The notes below the pieces were generated by a model that saw only the letters and a program-made list of their open reading frames with translations, was not told the DNA's origin and searched no databases. Made by a program: the position numbers and the translations under genes. A DNA stretch of 64,000 nucleotides from Anaerolineae bacterium (GTDB taxonomy: Bacteria > Chloroflexota > Anaerolineae > Epilineales > JAHCIE01). This document shows positions 45,614 to 54,938 of this stretch, piece by piece. Numbering within the stretch: the first letter of the stretch is position 1; the number at the start of each line of letters is the position of its first letter. Location: assembly GCA_046328535.1 (NCBI GenBank), contig JAXLWJ010000031.1:109-64108 (forward strand), written 5' to 3'.

Positions 45614-47137
45614 ATGGAGCGTAGCCCTATGGCCGATTTCCCCCTTGAAGAATGGAGTATCGCCCGCCTGCAAGCCGCCATGTCGCGCGGCGAGCTGACG
45701 TCGGCGCAGATCGTGGACCACTATCTCGCGCGCATCGAGGCCGTGGACCGCGCCGGCCCGCGCCTCAACGCGATTATCGAGGTCAACCCGGACGCCCGCG
45801 CCATCGCCGCCGAGCTGGACCGGCGCCGCCCGTCCCCCGGCGACGTTGGGCCGCTGTACGGCATCCCGATCATCCTCAAGGACAACATTGATACGGCGGA
45901 CCGCATGCAGACGACCGCCGGCTCCCTGGCCCTCGTCGGCCAGCCGCCGGCCCAGGACGCGACGGTCGTCGCCCGGCTGCGCGCAGCAGGCGCGGTCATC
46001 CTCGGCAAGGCCAACCTGAGCGAGTGGGCCAACTTCCGCTCGACCCGCTCCAGCAGCGGGTGGAGCGGGCGCGGCGGGCAGACGCGCAACCCCTACATCC
46101 TCGACCGCAACCCGTGCGGCTCCAGCTCCGGCTCCGCCGCCGCCGTCTCCGCCAACCTGTGCGCGGCGGCGCTTGGCACGGAGACCGACGGCTCCATCGT
46201 CTGTCCCTCCCACGCCAGCGGCGTCGCCGGCATCAAGCCCACCGTCGGCCTGACCAGCCGCGCCGGCGTCGTCCCCATCTCCCACAGCCAGGACACGGTC
46301 GGCCCGCATGGGCGCACCGTGGCCGACGCGGCGGCGGTGCTGGGCGCGCTGGTCGGCGTGGACGAGCGGGATGGGGCCACGGCGGCGAGCGCCGGCCACT
46401 TCCACACCGACTACACCCGGTTCCTCGACGCCGATGGGCTGCGCGGGGCGCGCATCGGCGTCGCCCGCAAACGTTACGCCGGCTACAGCCCGCACGCGGA
46501 CCGGGTGCTGGACGAGGCGCTGGCCGTGATGCGGGCGGCGGGCGCGGTCATCGTGGACCCGGCGGACCTGCCCACGGCCGAGGAGATGGGCGAGGACAAG
46601 TCCGAGCTGGAGGTGCTGCTCTATGAGTTCAAGGCCGACCTGAACGCCTACCTGGCGACGCGGAGCGGGGTCCCGATCCGCACGCTGGCCGACGCCATCG
46701 CCTTCAACGAGGCCCACGGGGCCGAGGAGATGGCGTACTTCGGCCAGGAAATCTTCCTCCAGGCGCAGGCGAAAGGGCCGCTGACCGACGCGGACTACCT
46801 GGCCGCACTCGAAAAGAGCCGCCGCCTCGGTGGGGCCGACGGCATAGACGCGGCGCTGCGCGCCCACGACCTGGACGCCATCGTCGCGCCGACGGGCGCG
46901 CCCGCCTGGCCGACCGACTGGGTCAACGGCAACCGCTTCATGGGCGGCAGCTCGTCGCCCGCCGCCCGCGCCGGCTACCCGCTGGTCACGCTGCCGGCCG
47001 GCTACGTCTTCGGGCTGCCGGTCAACATCACCTTCATGGGGACGGCGTGGAGCGAACCAACGCTGATCCGGCTCGCCTACGCCTTCGAGGGCGCGCGCGG
47101 TCCGCGTCAGGCGCCCCGCTTCCTGCCGAGCCTGTAA
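45614..47137 (+). CDS. amidase-signature family amidase
   Basis: GGSSSGSAAAVSANLCAAALGTETDGSI signature; start 45614 vs 45629 uncertain. Confidence 0.9.
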   Translation: MERSPMADFPLEEWSIARLQAAMSRGELTSAQIVDHYLARIEAVDRAGPRLNAIIEVNPDARAIAAELDRRRPSPGDVGPLYGIPIILKDNIDTADRMQTTAGSLALVGQPPAQDATVVARLRAAGAVILGKANLSEWANFRSTRSSSGWSGRGGQTRNPYILDRNPCGSSSGSAAAVSANLCAAALGTETDGSIVCPSHASGVAGIKPTVGLTSRAGVVPISHSQDTVGPHGRTVADAAAVLGALVGVDERDGATAASAGHFHTDYTRFLDADGLRGARIGVARKRYAGYSPHADRVLDEALAVMRAAGAVIVDPADLPTAEEMGEDKSELEVLLYEFKADLNAYLATRSGVPIRTLADAIAFNEAHGAEEMAYFGQEIFLQAQAKGPLTDADYLAALEKSRRLGGADGIDAALRAHDLDAIVAPTGAPAWPTDWVNGNRFMGGSSSPAARAGYPLVTLPAGYVFGLPVNITFMGTAWSEPTLIRLAYAFEGARGPRQAPRFLPSL

Positions 47138-47158
47138 CGAGGTTCATCGAGGTTCATC

Positions 47159-48274
47159 ATGTCACAGTCCAATCGAATATTCTTCCTGGATAACCTGCGC
47201 GCCCTGGTCGTCGTGCTGGTCATCGTTCTCCACGGCTCGATGACGTACATGGCCTTCGCGCCCGAGTGGTGGTACGTGGTTGATACACAGACCAGCCTCC
47301 TGTTCACCATGCTGGTGCTGCTCATTGACGTGCCAATCATGCCGATCATGTTCTTCATCGCGGGGTACTTCGCGCTGCCGTCCCTCGACAAGCGCGGCGC
47401 GCGGGGCTTCGTGAAGGAGAAGACGGTGCGCGTCGGCCTGCCGTGGGCCTTCGGCGCGATCTTCCTGGCGCCGTTGACCGCCTACATGACGTACGTCTCC
47501 CGCCAGGTACCCATGGGCTACCTGGAGTTCTGGGCGACCGACTTCTGGACGAAGCTGTATCAGCAATCGGTATACTGGTATCTGGGCGTCCTGTTCGCCA
47601 TGTTCCTCGTGCTGGTCGCGGTCTACGCGGCGAGCGGCCGCCTGCGGAACGCCGTCCCCCACGTCTCGACGCCGCCGCGCTGGCTGTTCGCCGCCTTCCC
47701 CGTGCTGACGGCGGCGGGCTTCCTGCTGCTGGGCCTGGTCTACCCGCCGGACACGTGGTCCCACTGGCTCGTGTTCTTTTTCCAGCCGCTGCGCGTCTCG
47801 TTCTACATCGGCTATTTCATCCTCGGCCTGTACGCGCTGTGGCGGGGCTGGTTCACCGCCGCCGGCTACCGGCCCCGCGTCTGGCCCTGGGTGTGGGCGT
47901 GTGTCATCAGCGGCCTGGCTTACCTGAGCATGCGCCTGATCGCGCCGACCTCACCGCAAGCGCCCCTGACGGTGCAGGCGCTGACGGCCATCCTGTTCGG
48001 CGTGTTCTGCATGGCCGCGCTGTTCGCCGGGCTGGCCGTCTTCCAGGCGAAGGTCAACGGCCAGGGACCGGTGTGGCGGAGCCTGGCGGCCAACTCCTAC
48101 GGCATGTACTACGTCCACCCGCTCATCCTCTACCCGCTGGCATACCTGTTCGTCGGCATTGCGCTGCCGCTGGTCGTGAAAGCGCCGCTCGTGATCGGCC
48201 TGGCCGTTGGGCTGTCGTGGGCATTCAGCGCGTTTGTGCTGAAGAAAGTTCCCCTGCTGCGCCAGGTGTTCTAG
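47159..48274 (+). CDS. membrane acyltransferase (acyltransferase_3 family)
   Basis: NRIFFLDNLRALVVVLVIVLHG; about 10 TM segments. Confidence 0.8.
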   Translation: MSQSNRIFFLDNLRALVVVLVIVLHGSMTYMAFAPEWWYVVDTQTSLLFTMLVLLIDVPIMPIMFFIAGYFALPSLDKRGARGFVKEKTVRVGLPWAFGAIFLAPLTAYMTYVSRQVPMGYLEFWATDFWTKLYQQSVYWYLGVLFAMFLVLVAVYAASGRLRNAVPHVSTPPRWLFAAFPVLTAAGFLLLGLVYPPDTWSHWLVFFFQPLRVSFYIGYFILGLYALWRGWFTAAGYRPRVWPWVWACVISGLAYLSMRLIAPTSPQAPLTVQALTAILFGVFCMAALFAGLAVFQAKVNGQGPVWRSLAANSYGMYYVHPLILYPLAYLFVGIALPLVVKAPLVIGLAVGLSWAFSAFVLKKVPLLRQVF

Positions 48275-48286
48275 AAAGGGATACTC

Positions 48287-49705
48287 ATGCGAATTGCAAT
48301 TGGTGGAATTGCTACGGAAAGCTGCACCTTTTCCCCACTGCCGACGCGACTGGAGGATTTCGCCGTGGACCGGGGCGACGCCTTCCTGGATCGCTATCCC
48401 TTCCTGGCGGAGATGAACGTCGAGGCCGTGCCGCTGCTCAAGGCGCGGGCGCTGCCGGGCGGCTCGGTCGCCCAGGACGCCTATGCCGCGCTCAAGGCCG
48501 AGTTCCTGGACCGGCTGCGCGCCGCCGCCCCCCTGGACGGCGTCTACCTGGACCTTCACGGCGCGATGAACGTCCAGGGCATGGACGACGCCGAGGGCGA
48601 CTGGATCGCCAGCGTCCGCGAGGTCGTCGGCCCGGCGGTGCTCATCTCGGCCAGCTTCGACCTCCACGGCAACATCAGCCGCCGCGTCGCCGAAAACCTG
48701 GACATGCTGAGCGCCTACCGCACCGCGCCCCACGTGGACACGGAGGAGACGCGCCGCAAGGCGTTCTCGATCCTGGTGGACTGCCTCGACCGGGGCATCC
48801 GGCCCCTGCGCGCCTGGGTCCGCGTGCCGGTGGCGCTGCCCGGTGAGAAGACGAGCACGGAGTGGGAGCCGGGGCGGCGCGTGTACGCGGCGCTGCCACA
48901 GACGGACCGCGCGCGCGGCGTCATAGACGCCTCGATCCTGGTCGGCTATGCCTGGGCCGACGAGCCGCGCGCCGCCGCGACGGTGATCGTCAGCGGCACG
49001 GATCGAGACACGCTTCTGGGTGAGGCCGCGCGGCTGGCCCGCGTCTACTGGGAGGCCCGGCGTGGGTTCGATTTCGGCGTGCGCGCCGGGAGCATTGACG
49101 ACTGCATCACCTGGGCGCTCGCCGCGCCGCAGCCGAGCGTGTTCATCAGCGACTCCGGCGATAACCCGACGGCCGGCGGGGCGGGGGACGTGCCGCTGTT
49201 CCTGAAGGCTCTCGTGGAGCGGGGCGTGGACTCGGCGCTCGTCGCCGGGCTGGCCGACGCGCCGGCGGTGGCGGCGTGCCAGGCGGCGGGCGTCGGCGCG
49301 GAGATCGAGGTGGCGCTGGGCGGCAAGCTGGACGGGCGCACGAGCGCGCCGCTGCCGGTCCGCGCCCGGGTGCTGAACATCGTCGAGAGTGAAAACACTG
49401 AGGCGCTGCTGGAGATCGGCGGGGTGAAGGTCATCGTCAGCCGCCGCCGCCGCCCCTACCACTTCGTCCGCGACATGGCGCGCGTCGGCGTCGAGCCGCT
49501 GGCGCACAAGATCGTCGTGGTCAAGATCGGCTACCTGGAGCCGGACCTCAAGCGCCACGCGCCGCTGAATTTCCTGGCGCTCAGTCCCGGCGCGGTGGAC
49601 CAGGACCTCGTCCGCCTGCCATACCAGCGCATTGAGCGCCCAATCTTCCCCCTGGACCCGGACCTGGCGTGGTCGCCGCAGCCGGTCCTTTTCCCCTCAC
49701 CCTAG
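48287..49705 (+). CDS. M81-family metallopeptidase (MlrC-like)
   Basis: MRIAIGGIATESCTFSP..., ..LDLHGAM.., MlrC C-terminal region. Confidence 0.8.
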   Translation: MRIAIGGIATESCTFSPLPTRLEDFAVDRGDAFLDRYPFLAEMNVEAVPLLKARALPGGSVAQDAYAALKAEFLDRLRAAAPLDGVYLDLHGAMNVQGMDDAEGDWIASVREVVGPAVLISASFDLHGNISRRVAENLDMLSAYRTAPHVDTEETRRKAFSILVDCLDRGIRPLRAWVRVPVALPGEKTSTEWEPGRRVYAALPQTDRARGVIDASILVGYAWADEPRAAATVIVSGTDRDTLLGEAARLARVYWEARRGFDFGVRAGSIDDCITWALAAPQPSVFISDSGDNPTAGGAGDVPLFLKALVERGVDSALVAGLADAPAVAACQAAGVGAEIEVALGGKLDGRTSAPLPVRARVLNIVESENTEALLEIGGVKVIVSRRRRPYHFVRDMARVGVEPLAHKIVVVKIGYLEPDLKRHAPLNFLALSPGAVDQDLVRLPYQRIERPIFPLDPDLAWSPQPVLFPSP

Positions 49706-49714
49706 CCCGTCCCG

Positions 49715-50611
49715 CTACCCCACCAGGCGCAGCAGGAGGCAGGCGACCGGCAGGGCGACCAGGGTGCTGTCAATGCGGTCGAGTAGGCCGCCGAAGCCCG
49801 GCAGCCACGTCCCCGCGTCCTTCACACCCGCCGCCCGCTTGACCCACGACTCTAGCAGGTCGCCGACGGTCCCGGCGACGGCGACCACCGGCGGCAGGCC
49901 CCAGTAGACGAGGGGCGACACGGCCGGGTGGAGGAAGGCGAAGGCGGCGAAGGCCACATACGCGCCGCCGACCGCCCCGGCCAGCCCGCTCCACGTCTTG
50001 CCGGGGCTGATGGCCGGGGCGAGCTTCGGCCCGCCGAGCTTGCCGCCGACGAGGCAGGCAAACACGTCGGCAAGGGCGACGGCGAGGCCGAGGGTCATGA
50101 GCCACGCGATGCCGCCGGGGGCAGCGCCGAGGCGCACGATGAAGGCGGGCAGCCAACCGGTCCACACGTAGCCGAGGACGGCGCGGCCGGCGGCGCTCGG
50201 CGAGTCGACCCTGTCTCGCGCCAGCGGGAGCAGGACGGCGAGGAGGGTGAACGCGGCGGGCAGCCACGGCAGCAGGTCCGGGGCGACACCGCCCAACACC
50301 ACGGTCGCGGGGGCGGCGGCGACGAGCGTTCGGCGATACGCCGACGGCAGGCCCAGCAGCGTTGCGGCCTCCCGCGCGCTCTGCCAGGCGACGGCGGCGA
50401 TCATGACGATGGCGGCCGGCCGGCCGAGCCACAGCGCGCCGAGGATGACGGCGGCGATGGCGATCCAGGTACACCAGCGTTTGAACCAGACGTGGGCGAC
50501 GAGGGCGCGCAGGTTGCCGTGGACCATGGCGACGAGGCCCGCCAGGCCGGCCACGAACATCACGGCCAACGCCTCGACGACGTAGACCAGGGTGACGTCA
50601 GCTGTCATCAT
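49715..50611 (-). CDS. cdsA: phosphatidate cytidylyltransferase
   Basis: ISPGKTWSGLAGAVGG and SWVKRAAGVKDAGTWLPGFGGLLDRIDS signature; GGAGGTG RBS before ATGATG at 50611. Confidence 0.85.
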   Translation of the reverse strand: MMTADVTLVYVVEALAVMFVAGLAGLVAMVHGNLRALVAHVWFKRWCTWIAIAAVILGALWLGRPAAIVMIAAVAWQSAREAATLLGLPSAYRRTLVAAAPATVVLGGVAPDLLPWLPAAFTLLAVLLPLARDRVDSPSAAGRAVLGYVWTGWLPAFIVRLGAAPGGIAWLMTLGLAVALADVFACLVGGKLGGPKLAPAISPGKTWSGLAGAVGGAYVAFAAFAFLHPAVSPLVYWGLPPVVAVAGTVGDLLESWVKRAAGVKDAGTWLPGFGGLLDRIDSTLVALPVACLLLRLVG

Positions 50612-50624
50612 ACACCTCCATTTC

Positions 50625-50760
50625 GTCATTGCGAGACCCCTATGGCTGTGGCGGCATGCGCCGACACAAGAAACGTCTAGGCTGTCACCCCGAGCGCAGC
50701 GAGGGGTCTGGACTGCGGTGCAGAGGCGGCCCAGATGCTTCGCCTTCGGCTCAGCATGAC
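50625..50760. repeat. family-G elements (truncated GTCATTGCGAG; double unit 50684-50708 / 50734-50760)
   Basis: GTCACCCCGAGCGCAGCGAGGGGTC ... GATGCTTCGCCTTCGGCTCAGCATGAC. Confidence 0.75.
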
Positions 50761-50805
50761 ATCCTTCGCCTCCCGGCTATGCACGGTCACTACCGCCAAC
50801 TGGTA

Positions 50806-51405
50806 TCAAGTGGCCCGGCGCAGCCAAGCGAGGCGCTGGGCGAGGGTGACGAGGGCGCCGACGAGGATCGCCCAGAACAGGACGAGCAGCGGCCAGGACG
50901 CGCCGGCGATGAGCGCCAGGGGGTAGAGGGCGGCGAGGGCCAGCATCCGGTCAGCCTTGGCAAACACGCCCAGGGTCAGCCGCCCCAGACCCAGGCTCGC
51001 CGCCAGGACACCGCACAGGCTGCTGAGGAGCATGGCGCACAGGGCGGTCAGCCCGATGGCGGCGGGGACACCGCCGACCAGAGCGATGGGGGCGAGGAAC
51101 AAGACGTCAGCGGCGCGGTCGCCCATCTCGTTGAGTACCGCGCCCCAGGGCCGCGCCGTCCCCGTGCGCCGCGCGACCTGCCCATCCAGGGCGTTGAGAC
51201 CCAGACGGATGAGGGCGAGGGGCGGGATGAGCCACAGCGCGAGGGCTTGCCCCGCCCAGCCGGTGAGATGGATGATAGCGGCGAGGGCGGCGGCCCCGAC
51301 GGCGGCGGCGGTGAGCCAGTCGGCCTTGACATGTCGGGCGACGAGCAGGTCTTCGACGCCACGAAGCGCCGCCTGAAATCGCGGCTTAGCAATGTAGATG
51401 CCCAT
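50806..51405 (-). CDS. CDP-alcohol phosphatidyltransferase-family protein
   Basis: NALDGQVARRTGTARPWGAVLNEMGDRAAD = D-G-x2-A-R-x8-G-x3-D-x3-D motif; AGGAGG RBS. Confidence 0.85.
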   Translation of the reverse strand: MGIYIAKPRFQAALRGVEDLLVARHVKADWLTAAAVGAAALAAIIHLTGWAGQALALWLIPPLALIRLGLNALDGQVARRTGTARPWGAVLNEMGDRAADVLFLAPIALVGGVPAAIGLTALCAMLLSSLCGVLAASLGLGRLTLGVFAKADRMLALAALYPLALIAGASWPLLVLFWAILVGALVTLAQRLAWLRRAT

Positions 51406-51503
51406 AATGTGCCTCCTAAGAGAATGACCACGGAACACACGGTAAGGGACGGGACGCTCACTTGCCGGTGGTGGCGCGCCAACGCCACCACCGTTACGAG
51501 CGT

Positions 51504-52322
51504 TCACCGCGCCAACCGCGCGGTGGTGACGGTGAACAGGCCGAGCGGCTCGGCGACGGTGCGGCAGTTGGTGAAGCCGGCCCATTTGGCCCACGCCTCG
51601 ACAAGCGTCGTTGAGCGCAGCTTCATGACCCACGGCTGGCCGTAGCGATCCGTCAGGACGTGGGCGATCATCTCCAGTTGCGGGTGGCGTACCTGGGTAG
51701 TGAAGATGAGCGTGCCGCCGGGGGCCAGGGCCTTCGCAATCAGGGCGAGGGACGATTGCACCGCCTCGTCGAACAGCAGAATCTCGTAGAAGCCGGAGGC
51801 GATGGCGACGTTTGGGGCGGGTGTGAGGCCCTGGAAGGCGGCCTGGTCGAAGGCGTCGGCCTGGACGAAGCGCACGGTTGTGAGGCCCAGCTCGGCCGCG
51901 CGCCGCTCGCCCCGCCGCAGCGCCGCCGCATCCGTGTCGCGGCACTCGGCGCTGAGGTCGGCGCCGCCATCCTCGGCCAACGTCTCTAGCAGGTAGTCGG
52001 CGGCGCCGGCGGCCACGTCGAGGACGTGGGTCGGTCGGCCGGCGTCGCGGTTGGCCGCGATGGCGTCGCGCAGGGCAGCCTTCAAGAGACGCTTGCGGCC
52101 GCGCAACCCGCGACACCCGACTTGCTGCAAGTAGACCCAGTCGGCGAGCGTGCCGATGCCGTAGCGCCCGTGGGCGTGGTTGTCGTAGATGTAGGCCATT
52201 GACTCGCCGGAGTCGAAGCCGCGCTCGAGGCCGAGGGCGATACCGTCGCTCGTCCGGCCGACGGTGCGGAGGATGCCGCGCATCGCGGCCCACTTCCAAT
52301 CGGTGTAATACAGAGCTTCCAT
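51504..52322 (-). CDS. class I SAM-dependent methyltransferase
   Basis: VLDVAAGAADY (motif I), ..PGGTLIFT..; GGAGGTG RBS. Confidence 0.7.
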   Translation of the reverse strand: MEALYYTDWKWAAMRGILRTVGRTSDGIALGLERGFDSGESMAYIYDNHAHGRYGIGTLADWVYLQQVGCRGLRGRKRLLKAALRDAIAANRDAGRPTHVLDVAAGAADYLLETLAEDGGADLSAECRDTDAAALRRGERRAAELGLTTVRFVQADAFDQAAFQGLTPAPNVAIASGFYEILLFDEAVQSSLALIAKALAPGGTLIFTTQVRHPQLEMIAHVLTDRYGQPWVMKLRSTTLVEAWAKWAGFTNCRTVAEPLGLFTVTTARLAR

Positions 52323-52507
52323 GATAACACCTCCATGATGTCTGAGGATGGATTGCCGCTCTACACCTCCATTACACCCCGAACGAGCCGCCAGAACCAG
52401 AGCGGCAACTGCCAGAAACCGCCAAACTTCCCCCCGTGGCCGTTGTGTGCTAGAATTGCACCGATTCGCGCTCCATCCTTTGGAGCTAACTTCCGGGGAC
52501 ATTGCGT

Positions 52508-53242
52508 ATGGAACTCAGGGATTATGGGCAGATGCTGCGCCGCCGCGGCTGGATCATCCTCGCGGTCGCCGTCATTGCGGCGATCAGCGCCTTCGTGTTC
52601 AGCCGTTTCCTGGTGACGCCGGCGTACCGCTCCGAGGTGCTCCTGAGCGTCCTCTCGACGCGGACGGCGGACTACGGCTCGAACCTGGGCGCGAAAGGCG
52701 TGGTCAACAACTTCGCCGAGACCATTCGCCAGGACGACGCCCTCGCCGCCCAGGTGGCGGACCGGCTCAAGCTCGACCTGCCGCCCGATACCATCAAGGG
52801 CCGCATCCAGGTGGACCCGGACGAGCTGAACGTCACCATCCGCATCCGCGCCGAGGACGGCGACCCCATCATCGCCAAGAACATCGCCCAGACCTACGCC
52901 CAGGCGTTCGTCGAGCAGCGCGACATCGCCAACCAACAGATGGACCAGCGGGACCGCGTCGAGGTGCGCATCCTGCGCAACGCCCGCGACGGCGACCGCT
53001 TCAAGCCGCAGACGCGCACAAATACGCTGGCCGGCCTCGCCGTCGGGGCGCTGCTCGGCCTGCTCGTCGTGTTCGCCCTGGAGTACGCCTCGGCGGGAAC
53101 GATCCGCACCGCGAGCGACATCGAGCGCTACATCGGCGCGCCGGTTCTCGGCATGATCCCGCCGGCCGAGGGCGCTTCGCCGCGCCGACAGGCGGCCGGC
53201 CAGGGACGCGAGAGCGGCGCCCGCGCGACGCCCGCGAAGTAA
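52508..53242 (+). CDS. Wzz/chain-length-determinant (CapA-like) membrane protein
   Basis: MELRDYGQMLRRRGWIILAVAVIAAISAFVFSRFLVTPAYRSEVLL; second TM near C-term. Confidence 0.8.
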   Translation: MELRDYGQMLRRRGWIILAVAVIAAISAFVFSRFLVTPAYRSEVLLSVLSTRTADYGSNLGAKGVVNNFAETIRQDDALAAQVADRLKLDLPPDTIKGRIQVDPDELNVTIRIRAEDGDPIIAKNIAQTYAQAFVEQRDIANQQMDQRDRVEVRILRNARDGDRFKPQTRTNTLAGLAVGALLGLLVVFALEYASAGTIRTASDIERYIGAPVLGMIPPAEGASPRRQAAGQGRESGARATPAK

Positions 53243-53254
53243 GAAGGAGATGGC

Positions 53255-53944
53255 GTGGCCGACCCGCGCTCAACATCGGACCTCATTACCCTGACCCACC
53301 CGCGCAGCGCGGCCGCCGAGGCCTATCGCACGCTGCGCACCAGCCTCGACTTCTCCAGCCTCGACCAGGCCATCCACAGCGTCGTCATCACCTCGTCCGC
53401 GCCGGATGAGGGCAAGTCCACGACGCTCGCCAACCTTGCCGTGACGCTGGCCCAGGCCGGCCGCCGCACTGTCTGCGTGGACGCCGACCTACGCCGCCCA
53501 TCGCTGCACCGCCTGTTCGGCCTGCCCAACACCGCCGGCCTGACGACGATGATGCTGGACGACGCGGCCCTGGCGGCGCCGCCGCTCCAGGCGGGGCCGA
53601 CGGCCAACCTGCGCATCCTGACCAGCGGTCCGCTGCCGCCGAACCCGGCCGAGCTGCTGGCCGCGCGCCGCGTGGACGATGTGTTGGAGCGGCTGCGGGC
53701 GGATAGCGACATCGTGCTGTTCGACGCGCCGCCGCTCATCGCCGTGTCCGACGCCGCCGTGCTTGCCACGCGCGTTGACGGGGTGATCCTCGTCGTCCAG
53801 GCGGAGAAGACGCGGCGGGAGCAGGTGCAGCGCGCCAAGACGGTGCTGGAGCGCGTCAACGCCCGGCTCATCGGCGCGGTGCTCACCAACGCGCAGCTCG
53901 ACCGCAGCATGTCCTACTATGGTAGCGAGGGCGACGGCGGGTAA
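53255..53944 (+). CDS. BY-kinase (CpsD/CapB-type tyrosine protein kinase)
   Basis: Walker A SSAPDEGKSTT, A' VCVDADLRRP, B IVLFDAPP; C-terminal Tyr (SYYGSEGD). Confidence 0.85.
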   Translation: MADPRSTSDLITLTHPRSAAAEAYRTLRTSLDFSSLDQAIHSVVITSSAPDEGKSTTLANLAVTLAQAGRRTVCVDADLRRPSLHRLFGLPNTAGLTTMMLDDAALAAPPLQAGPTANLRILTSGPLPPNPAELLAARRVDDVLERLRADSDIVLFDAPPLIAVSDAAVLATRVDGVILVVQAEKTRREQVQRAKTVLERVNARLIGAVLTNAQLDRSMSYYGSEGDGG

Positions 53945-53956
53945 GAAGCCTACCCC

Positions 53957-54712
53957 ATGATTGACCTTCACTCGCACATCCTGCCCGGCCTCGACGACGG
54001 CGCGCGCACCCCCGACGAGTCGGTGACGATGGCGCGGGAGTGGGTCGCCGCCGGCGTGACGACCGTCGCCTGCACCCCCCACAGCGAGCCGCACATCCCG
54101 AGATCCTCCCTGGCCGTCGCCGTGGACCGGCTGCAAAGCGCCCTGGACGCGGCGGGCATCCCGCTGCGGCTGGCGCTGGGCATCGAGGTGTTCCTGGAGC
54201 CGGACATGGCGCCGCTCATCGAGCGGGAGTATGCCTTCACCCTGGCCGGCACACGCTACATGCTGGTCGAGCTGCCGTTCGAGATCTGGCCGCAGTATAC
54301 CGAGCAGACCCTGTTCGAGCTACAGGTGCGGGGGATCACGCCGATCCTGGCGCACCCGGAGCGCTACCGCGCCGTGCAGCTTCAGCCGGGGCGCGTCGCG
54401 CCCCTGGTGGAGCGCGGGGTACTGATGCAGCTCACGGCGTACTCGCTGACGGGGCGCGGCGGGCGCGAGTTTCAGAAGGCGGCGGAGGCGCTGCTGCGTC
54501 ACGGCCTCGTTCACCTGATCGCCAGCGACAGCCACCGGCCGGGCCAGCCGTCCAATCTGCCGCCAGCGATGGCGGCGGCGGCGAAGATTGTGGGCGAGGC
54601 GGGGGCGCGAACGCTGGTCGAGGCCAACCCGGCGGCGATCCTGGCCGACGCGGAGCCGTCGAACATCATTGCCCCGCCCGCGCTGCACAGCCGCCGCTGG
54701 CCGTTCGGGTAG
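53957..54712 (+). CDS. PHP-family tyrosine-protein phosphatase (CpsB/YwqE-like)
   Basis: MIDLHSHILPGLDDGA...; ..AHPERY..; ..IASDSH. Confidence 0.85.
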   Translation: MIDLHSHILPGLDDGARTPDESVTMAREWVAAGVTTVACTPHSEPHIPRSSLAVAVDRLQSALDAAGIPLRLALGIEVFLEPDMAPLIEREYAFTLAGTRYMLVELPFEIWPQYTEQTLFELQVRGITPILAHPERYRAVQLQPGRVAPLVERGVLMQLTAYSLTGRGGREFQKAAEALLRHGLVHLIASDSHRPGQPSNLPPAMAAAAKIVGEAGARTLVEANPAAILADAEPSNIIAPPALHSRRWPFG

Positions 54713-54774
54713 GTCTGAGAGGCGCCACAGGGTTAAACATGAATTTGCGTCCACCATCGCGCATGAAAATAGCT

Positions 54775-54841
54775 GTCACCCCGAACGCAGTGAGGGGTCT
54801 GGACTGCGGCGGCCCAGATGCTTCGCTTTGCTCAGCATGAC
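54775..54841. repeat. family-G double unit
   Basis: GTCACCCCGAACGCAGTGAGGGGTC ... GATGCTTCGCTTTGCTCAGCATGAC; near-identical layout to 50684-50760. Confidence 0.75.
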
Positions 54842-54938
54842 AATTGAAGGCTATTTTCAGGGTAGGACGCAACGAAGAAGCAGGTAAGACCCAATGTCAC
54901 CCGAAGAGGTTAACCACGGAATACACGGAACATAAGGT

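Noticed and set aside
47951-49558. 535-aa minus ORF and 47443-48846 plus ORF overlapping acyltransferase and MlrC genes
   Set aside because: Off-frame or antisense low-complexity translations. The in-frame genes have family signatures and RBS-spaced starts.
50806-52299. 497-aa ORF in the track
   Set aside because: Only the 3' 200 codons (50806-51405) form a CDP-alcohol phosphatidyltransferase with its own AGGAGG RBS. The upstream part is an out-of-frame overlap with the methyltransferase gene.
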